DNA of 64,000 nucleotides from the human T2T-CHM13v2.0 reference genome, Homo sapiens, in NCBI RefSeq assembly GCF_009914755.1, contig NC_060947.1; one strand, given 5' to 3'. This document shows, in pieces, positions 53,039-64,000 of this stretch (position 1 is its first letter; each line of letters opens with the position of its first letter). A program made the translations under genes and the position numbers. Below the pieces are notes generated by a model that was not told where the DNA came from, made no database searches, and worked only from the letters and a program-made list of their open reading frames with translations.

Positions 53039-53506
53039 TGGGCTGTGAGTTGAATTGTGTCCCCCAAAACAATACATTGAAATCTTAACCCTTAGAACCC
53101 GTGAATGTGAGTTTACTGGGAAATAGGATCTTTGCAGATGTAATCAAGTTAAGAAGAGGCCATTAGGGTAAACCTTAATCCAATATGACTAGTGTAGTTA
53201 TAAAAAGAGGGAAATTTGGAGACAGAGAAGGACACAGAGACATACAGGGAAGAGAAAGCCATATGAAGACAGAGGGAGAGATAGGAGTGATGCATCTTTA
53301 AGGAACACCAAGAACTCTTGGAAGCCACCAGAAGCTAGGAGAGGGCAATGGGGCATGGAGGCCTCAGAGCCTCCAGAAGGAATCAGCCCTGCTAACATCT
53401 GGATTTCAGACTTCTGGCTTCCAGAACTGTGAAAGAATGAATTGCTGTTGTTTTAAGCCCCACAGTTTATGGTCATTTGTTATGGCAGCCCCAGCAAATG
53501 CATACA
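53039..53506 (+). mobile_element. MLT1C-like MaLR solo LTR
   Basis: 'gttgaattgtgtccccc', 'ctttgcagatgtaatcaagttaag', 'ccaccagaagctagga', 'ttgttatggcagcc...ataca'. Confidence 0.85.
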
Positions 53507-53979
53507 AATGGTGCGAAAGAACAATTGAGCAGGCTTTCAGAGGCTATTGAGGGGCTGATGAGGAGACATTCATTTTGTAAAACTCTGGCATTGGTGGTAC
53601 TCAATCATCTTATATTTAGGACCCAGCCTGCCCTGTTTTCTTGCAGGGAGGTTCGCTCATTAGAATAAAAAGTTGTCACATGCTGTTGTCAGAGAAACAA
53701 GACGGTGGCCTAAGAGATCTACAAATTCACTCTGCTCTAGGGCTGAAGTAGCTCCCTCTTGGTCACAGACTGGAAGGGTTCAGCACTCTTTTGTGCAGAA
53801 TGGAAGTTCCCTGGGGAGGTCAGAACTCAGAACTTCCAGAGGAATGTACTTCTTGCTCTATCTCAGCATCCCTTATCTCATCTCTTATTGTGACAGCTAC
53901 AGAGACTTCAACTAATTTGAGTTATAGTGAGAGGATTTTGATCTAGAAAGTGGAGAAAAGGCAAAGATGTTAAAAGTCA

Positions 53980-56512
<2,533 letters not shown>

Positions 56513-56734
56513 ACAATGAGAACACATGGACACAGGAAGGGGAACATCACACTCTGGGGACTGTTGTGGGGTGGGGGGAGGAAGGAGGGATGGCATTGGG
56601 AGATATACCTAATGCTAGATGACGAGTTACTGGTGCAGCACACCAGCACGGCACATGTATACATATGTAACTAACCTGCACATTGTGCACATGTACCCTA
56701 AAACTTAAAGTATAGTAATAAAAAAAAAAGTCAT

Positions 56735-57127
56735 TGTGGTCCATACACTGAAATATGATTCAGCCCCCAAAGGAAATAAAGTACTGATCCATGCTACATC
56801 ATGGAGGAATCCCCAAAACATGATACTGAGTTTAAGAACCCAGACACAAGAAGTCACATACTGTATGATTCCATTTACATGGAATGTGGCAAATCAGTAA
56901 ATCATAAGAACAAAAAACAAGTTAGTAGTTGCCAGGGACTGAGGTGGGGTGTGGGGGATGATGAGTGACTGGTAGTGACTAGAGAGTTTTCTTTTGGGGT
57001 GACATAAATGTTTTGGAACTAGCTAGAAAGTATAGTTGCACAGCAGTGTGAATGTACTAAATGGCACTGAATTGTAAACATTAAAATGGCCAATTTTATG
57101 TTATGTAGATTTTACCTCAACAAAAAA
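56735..57127 (+). mobile_element. 5'-truncated L1MB-like 3' end
   Basis: 'ccatac..tg.aatat.attcagcc...tactgtatgattccattta...aattttatgttatgtagattttacctcaa'; TSD aaaagtcattg at 57124-57134. Confidence 0.8.
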
Positions 57128-57302
57128 GTCATTGCAGGCTTGAAATCATATTTTTGTACTCAGTTTATGGAAATTGAAGGTCAAATTTGTGGCCCTAAGG
57201 AGGGCAGGGCAGTCTTCTCACTTTCAGCTAAGCAGTGGGCAGCACAGACAGCCCAAGTGAGCCAACATTAACTCCCATTTGCCAACATGGAAAGATGAGC
57301 AA

Positions 57303-57441
57303 GGCCAGTCACTGTGGCTCATGCCTGTAGTCTCAGCACTTTGGGAGGCAGAGGCAGGAGGATCGCTTGAACCGAGGAGTCTGAGGTTGCAGTGAGTTGT
57401 GATAGTGCCACTGCACTCCAGCCTGGGGTGACAGACTGAGA
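57303..57441 (+). mobile_element. Monomeric AluJ-type element (left-arm start, right-arm end)
   Basis: 'ctcatgcctgtagtctcagcactttgggagg' then 'gttgcagtgag...ccactgcactccagcctgggg'. Confidence 0.85.
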
Positions 57442-57459
57442 GAAAGAAAGGAAGAAAGG

Positions 57460-57491
<32 letters not shown>

Positions 57492-57586
57492 AAGAGAAGG
57501 AAAGAAAGAAAGAAGAAAGAAAGGAAAGAAAGAAGAAAGAAAAAGAAAGAAGAAAGAAAAAGAAAGAAAGACAGAGAAAGAAAGAA

Positions 57587-57654
<68 letters not shown>

Positions 57655-57749
57655 AGAAAGGAAGGAAGAAAGAAGAAGGGAGGGAGGAAGGGAGGAAGGA
57701 AGGAAGGAAAGGAAGGAAGGAAAGGAGGGAGGGAGGAAAAGGTAGGAAG
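57442..57749 (+). repeat. Complex (GAAA)n/(GGAA)n STR, including ~16 pure GAAA at 57589-57652
   Basis: Read directly; sits where the Alu tail would be. Confidence 0.97.
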
Positions 57750-58179
57750 GGCAAGGCAGATCAGCCCTTCTGAGAGCCACCACAGGCAGCCCACATGGCA
57801 AAACATTTCACAGGACATCTTACTTCTGAATGGATCAACTGCACCCTGTAATGGAAAAAGGTAAAAACTGAAGGGTAAGGAGGCAAGGTCCACTGTATTC
57901 ATTGGATCTCTACTAAAGGTATCACAAATGATTGTTATTTTAAAGAACAATTTCCTTCATAAACAGCTTCTCTCTAGGCTGTGGCTTCCTGAGAGCCCTT
58001 CAGAAAGTACAAGTGAAAATATATTGGAGATTCTCACCCAGAAAGCTAAGAAAGCACAGGGCCATCAGAGCAATGAACAAAGCATGTTAGTACATTATAT
58101 ATGAAAACATTGCACACATTCCCATTTTCTGAGGCTCAGGGATGTCACCAACAACTGCAAGATGAGCTGCTGGGGTGAT

Positions 58180-58810
58180 TATTCTACAGCTTTGTTGAGG
58201 TGTAATTGATGTACAGTAAACTGAAAATATCTAAAGTACAATTTGATCAGTTTTGCATATGTGTACACCATCACCCCAGTCAAGATGATGAATATATTCA
58301 TCAGTCCCCAAAGTTTCCTTGTGGCCCTTTGTAGTCCCTCCCTCTGGCCCCTCTCCATCATCTGCAGGCAACCACTGATCTGTAGTTTGCATTTTCTAGA
58401 GTTTTGTATAAATGCAACCATAGAATAGGGAATCCTTTATGCCTGGTTTCTTTCATTCAGCATAATGACTGAGACCCATTCAGGTTGTTGCATGCATATT
58501 CATCATTCATTCCTTTCTACAAATTACTGAATAGTATTCTATTATATGAATTATACCACAATTTATTTATCTATTTACCTGTTGATGGGCATTTGGATTG
58601 TTTTCTGGTTTGGGGTGACTACAAATACAGCTGCTATCAACGTAGCTATACAGGTGTTTGTATGGACATACACTTTCATTAGTCTTTGGCAAATACCCAG
58701 CAGTAGAATGCTTGGGTTATATGGTGTACGTTTAACTTTTAAAGAAATTCCCAAATTGTTTCTTTCAAAGTAGTTGTACAATATTACATTCCAGCACTGG
58801 TGTAATTGTT
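58180..58810 (-). mobile_element. L1ME/L1MB-like 3' region
   Basis: 'acagctttgttgaggtgtaattga.gtacagtaaactg...'; ORF 58575..58850 resembles the ORF2 C-terminus. Confidence 0.75.
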
Positions 58811-60719
58811 TAAAAATCCATGGCTCTCTATGGAGTTGGCAGAGGTTCATGATTTTTCACACATGTTCTGCAGCAAATTAGACATTGGGCTGGATCCAGA
58901 AATAACCTGTGACCTGATTCTGGAGGCTATATTATTACACATGATTGGGAGGAGGGTCAAGTGGTGAAGGGAAAACTGGATGTGGGGAATAGGGCTGCAT
59001 TGGGAATAGGGGGCCATCAAAAGGAGTCAAACTAGGTCCTTTGAGGGGAAGGCTGACAGCTGCAGGTGGATGAAGGAAGGGAGGGGACAGCCAAGTGTTC
59101 AGAGCCCCTGATTGCCTGCCTAAGGAATTGGAACTCCCTGAAGAATGAATGGGCAGTTTTTCTGGGCACTCACTTCCAGATCCTGGAGCCCACCTGTGCA
59201 GCCATGTTATTGCCTGGATCTGGGAACCCATCGCAATGGGACAGGATATACTTGGCCTATAACTTGGAATAAGCTAGAAAGAGAGGGTGGTTGTGATGTT
59301 ATATGTTTTCCACGCTTTGAGCACTTACTGTTTTTTACAGCCCTTCTTCTCTTTTCTTATCATCTCTTTAGAGGTCAGTTGGAGAGAGGCAAAGTGGGGA
59401 GTAGACGAGGCTTAATATCAGCGAATTCCTCACCTTACAGAGGCCCCCTGCTGGACAGAGGCCTTTGTGCTGGGCATTCTGAGGCTCTGGAGGTGTGTCA
59501 GAAGGTGCCTGAGGACTGTCAAAGTGGGGGAGCAAAAAGAATGCCAGACCTGGAGTCAGGAGACTTCCACTCTAAGGTCACCAACCCTCCCCAGCGTGGC
59601 CATTTTCAGCTCCTCTGCTCCTGAGAGCAGACTCTGACCATCCTTGGATTTAAAGTGATGGGGTGAGAGGGTGGGATGAGGAGGAAGAGAAAGGTCTTGA
59701 ACGTTTATTCAGCCTACCCTCTTGGCCAGGCATATGTGCTGTGTGTCTTTCGCATCATGCTAAGAACTATGACAACAGTTGATCTTTACTGAGTTCTCCC
59801 TCTGGATTGAACATGGTGCTTAGGACCTTATAGTGTCTCTTTTTAACCCTCGCAGCATCTGATGGGTAGATGCTATTATTGCCTCCATTTTACAAAGGAG
59901 GACACTAAGGCACAGAAAGGGTAAAAGCCTCACCCCCATCACATAGCAGGTAATGGAAGAGCTGGGAAAAAAAAAAGAAAGGAAATCTTTCCCAGACAGA
60001 TGCAATCTAAAAGTACAAGTCAGAAAGGAAAGGCACACTGCTCCAGACCCCATCACCTCAAAGAGCCTTCATTGTGAGGTAGAAATGACCAAAACCAAGT
60101 AACCCCACATCCCAAGCTGCAGCTTCAGCTTGTTAGTCTGTTGAAATACAGGTGTCCCTGGGCTCATGATCCCTGATGGTCAAGTCAAGCAGACGTGGGT
60201 CCCATAGTCCTTGGAAGACCCCCACCATTGATATTTTTCCATCAAGATAGTAACACACATGTTCTAGAATTTCTCTTTGGCACACATTGGCTGGGTTTGG
60301 GGCCCTTCATTTTGGCCTCAAATGAAGGCCTGGAGCCCTACCAAGGGAAATTCAGGCAGAGGCAGAAGAGCAGAGCCACCCTGGTATGATTCAGCCCCAA
60401 GAGGATGAGACAGTACCCCTAGAAGAGTGGTCGAGGGTCTGACTCAGCTTCTCCCCTGCCCCTCCTTCATTTGCGCTCTCCACTTCATTTTCATCTCTGA
60501 AAGCTTCTTCTCAGCCATTTCCCAGGAAGGACTGACTCATGGCTCCCAAACTCTCTCAGTGGGGAAAAATGGTGGAGTGCCCATCGACTATTACAGGCGA
60601 CGGCTGTGTCCTCTGTCCATATGGGCCCAGCCATTCCGGAACTCAAACATAAAGCTCTCAGGAGAACCTCTCTAACTGGCCATAAAAAGTTTCATTATAC
60701 CTGAAGAGGAAGCAGAGAG

Positions 60720-61190
60720 GCTATAGATTCATGGATGCCCTCGATTTTCTGGTGAAACTTAATGACCCCATCTCAGGAAAAAAATAATAATAATAAATAA
60801 ATGTTTTTAAAAGCATAAAATAAAACAATGGGATCAAAATAGTTATTAACATATTAACAAAACAAATTTGCGATATATTAATTTATGTGCTTCTTAACTC
60901 ATTAAATAAGACCTAGCAGTAGGTCTCATAATTACTGTAATTTCAAGGTAGTGATATTTGAAGATTCCTGCTATGACTGTAATGTGAAATTAAAATATCT
61001 ATGATTTCTCTTGGCGACAAAGTCACAGATTATGTAAATACTACTGTGGTTTGTTGCCAACATGCATAATTGAAGAAAGGCTGAATTTCAATTAGAGGTT
61101 AGTGAAAACAGAAATATAATTTTTTCCTCATTCAAGTTTACAGACTCCCTGAATTCTATCCTTGAATCCTAGGATAAGATCACCTGCTAA
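60720..61190. mobile_element. MER119-like hAT-Charlie DNA transposon
   Basis: 'tctggtgaa.c.ta..gacccc.tctcag...aatgtttttaaa.gcataaaataaaa...tactactgtggtttgttgcc'. Confidence 0.6.
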
Positions 61191-61309
61191 AGAAACACTG
61201 AAACCTATTTGATTACTTAGGCTTTTTTTTTCCTGATTCCTCAGCTAAGCCAAACTGTTGTCCTTACCACTTTTTCTGATACTGTGTTTTCTTCTTACTG
61301 CCAAAGCAC

Positions 61310-61500
61310 AACCAAGGAGCTTAGGTTCTAGTCCTAGCTCACCCACTTACAAGCTGTGTGACTTTGAATGAGTTGCTGAATCTGTTTGAACATCAGTTTT
61401 CTCCTCTGTGAAATGGGGATACTAATAGTACCTACTTCTTGGTATTGATTAAATGAAATGCTTGTAAAACATTCTGGCACTCTGTTAGCACATAGAGGTT
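61310..61500. mobile_element. MIR SINE
   Basis: 'ggttctagtcctagctc.accacttac.agctgtgtgactttg...tcagttttctcctctgtgaaatggggata'. Confidence 0.8.
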
Positions 61501-61667
61501 AGTTTAGCCACAATAATTAATGTTGGGGAAAGAGTTTATAAACCAAAAGGTAGCATGTGTGTGTTGATCATTATAACAATCTGTCTTATTCTTATGTGAT
61601 TTCTCTCTTTGCTGGCTCTATGATCCCAGAGTGGAGAGCATAGGAAACATACAGGCAGAGGAGGGGA

Positions 61668-61880
61668 CAGTGGTGGGCTAGAGTTATCTCAAACGGGCTC
61701 CCAAAAGCCAACTGTTATGTTTTCAGGAATTTTGCAAGGTGGGTGACATCATGTTGGTAGCTAGAAATCGGCCACAACAAGAGTATTTACAACACGGCAG
61801 TCAGTGCTATCACTTTAATCAGAGCTTTTTTTTTTTCCTCCTAGAGAGCCCCTTGTTAAACACTTCACAGTGCATCACTG
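61668..61880. mobile_element. MER63A-like hAT DNA transposon
   Basis: Termini cagtg...cactg; 8-bp flanks ggagggga and ggagaggg resemble a decayed hAT TSD. Confidence 0.7.
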
Positions 61881-64000
61881 GGAGAGGGTGACTGGGGCGC
61901 CGCTCTTATCAAAATGATGGTGAGGCCACCTGTACTATATCTGGGGAAAATGAAACATCAAATGGATTTCAGGGGCAAAAACATTAAATATTCTTTGTGG
62001 TCCAAGTTAATTTAATTTGCTCTCCATTTTTTTTTCATCTTTTTCTTGATTAATGCTCTCAGTTCTTGACAATTACTTCCATTTCATCAATTCTACAAAA
62101 AGAGTCTGTTTTGAGATAAGAAAAAAAGAATCTCTGTTCCCTTTATCTGCAGAGTGAAATATACTTTACTTAAAATCCAACATTTCTATATATTAGTAAC
62201 TTGCCTCCATGTCAACTTTTATCTGTAAGAGTCTACTGCATCTTTCCCAGAGAGTGTTGCAAAGGCACAGAGCAGAAAAGTGAGTTTACTGATTATGCAG
62301 CCCTGTTGGTGTTACTTGAGTCCAAATGTTGGCTTAGATGGTGTTTTCAGAACTCCTAAGTGGATGTTTATGTCTGCAAATGGAAGCACTGAGTAGCTAG
62401 ATTTTCAGGGCCAACGCGGGGGAGTCAGTCCTGAGTGGTGGTTTGCTCAATCATTGGCATTTGGTTGCATGAGCTGTTTTCAAATGTGCCTCTGCTACCT
62501 TGACAGTCCTGTAAGCCACTTGTATATGCTGTTCTCCATCTGTTAAGTATGCTAACACACAATGGAGAAAGGAAATAAGATAGGGAGTGGCAAAGGAAAA
62601 AACTTAAAGCTATGAAGATGTGGAATCTGGCGGAGAAGAATGGCTATAGAGTCGTGGGCTCCCATGAGTCCTGGAAGGGACTAGACAACCTCTTCTGCGG
62701 GGCTGCTATACAGGTGCTCCAACAGGGAAGGCATGTCACTAAATTTGCTCTGGCCTTGAGTTGTTCCATGGAGACTTTGGGTGGCTGTTGAGCTATTGGC
62801 CCAATGCTATCCCCACGAGGATTCCATTTCTCTTGGATTGTGTTGGGTTTTATGCAATGTGGTTACAGTCAGTGTGGTGCTTCAGAGTGTCTCAAGCTTA
62901 CCTTTGCTGGGTAGTCAGCATCATTGTGCTCCATGCGCCAGTTCATGTCTCTGGCTTTTCCCCTTGTTAAGACCCCATTCAATTGAATAAGGCTGCCTGT
63001 GGCAGGCAGGCCTGGCAGGCTGCCGTGGCTGGACTTGAGAAAAGTGAGGACTACAAGCCTAAAGCCAAGCTCGCGATTGGAGGCCCGCCCATCTGATCAG
63101 TTCTGGTCTCTCAGTGGGAAGTTCAACCCCTCACCCCAGATAAGTATTGCATGTCTGAAAAAGGCTTTGAAGAGAGATGCAAAGGGCTTAAGGGTGCACT
63201 GGGACATTAATATTATGATTACCTAAAGACAGTAAGGAGCCAGGGATGTGAACCATTGCTGCCAGAATGGGATCTGGTTTCTGAAAGCAAAGGTGATAAA
63301 ATTAGCATCCAGCCACTTGACTAGTCCACACTCATCCTTTCCTCTGATAATGGCATGGCTGGTATACTTCATTCAGATAGTCACTGGCTCGGCCGGCTCT
63401 CCACTAAACGGGGCTCTCAGAAGCAAACCAAACAGTATCCACTTGTATGTGTTTATGCCTGTGGCAATTTCAGATTGTTCCTGTCAAAATGTACCTGTTT
63501 TCCAAAATGTCTTTTTAAATCCAAGTTTCACATTTGTGGGGAGGTGGGGGAAGTAATTAACATTTTATAAAGTAAGCTGGAGAAACTGGCTCCTATAATT
63601 GACATAGAAATGGTATGTGGATATTGCTGTCAGAAATTGAGCAGGACCTTGAACCTGATAGTAGTGAGCCCAGGCCTAGGAACTGGGTGTGTTCCTTGAT
63701 CTCTTGTTTGTTCTGGGCCCTGATAGGAAAGGAACTCCCTGGAGGTCGCAGACCTTGGTCCCACCTTACATTGTTTGTCATTCAGAGAGGACACTGAAGC
63801 TCAGAAGAAGTCAGGAGCTGGCTCAAGGCCCCACAGCAACGAAGCAGTAAAGCCTCTCAAAAGCCAGCCTCTTGACTCCTAGGCCAGCTCTTAAGTCTAC
63901 CCCAGTAGAATGTCTGGCACCTTTATAGGTCCCTTTGTTCTCTGCTACCCAACTGCATTTGCATTGAAGTTAGTAATTTTTTAAGGTTGGCATTCTTTCC

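Noticed and set aside
57224-57950. F/L/S-rich ORFs of 160-205 aa
   Set aside because: Translations of the (TTTC)n STR and antisense Alu

Overview
Eukaryotic, primate (human/hominoid-like) genomic DNA, judged from AluY/AluS/AluJ, L1PA, MIR, L2, MaLR and Tigger content; it is not prokaryotic. A CpG island (~14.9-19.5 kb) looks like the promoter and non-coding first exon(s) of a + strand gene that I cannot name. The rest of the window appears to be its long, repeat-rich first intron. No host protein-coding exon is supported: the only ORFs with recognisable homology come from transposons (L1 ORF1/ORF2, Tigger transposase, ERVL gag). I found no evidence for a new biological system. The notable structures are retrotransposition footprints and promoter features: a twin-primed, 5'-inverted young L1 that reused the target site of an older L1; a near-orphan L1 3' transduction later hit by a very young AluY; an unidentified poly(A)-tailed insert in a Tigger2 transposase; a ~20 kb nested antisense L1 stack; an ancient two-LTR ERVL provirus; an intronic GAA tract; and a 5'UTR with uORFs and a 31-bp duplication. 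Repeat subfamily names come from remembered consensus sequences and need RepeatMasker/Dfam confirmation. Boundaries of old repeats are approximate.
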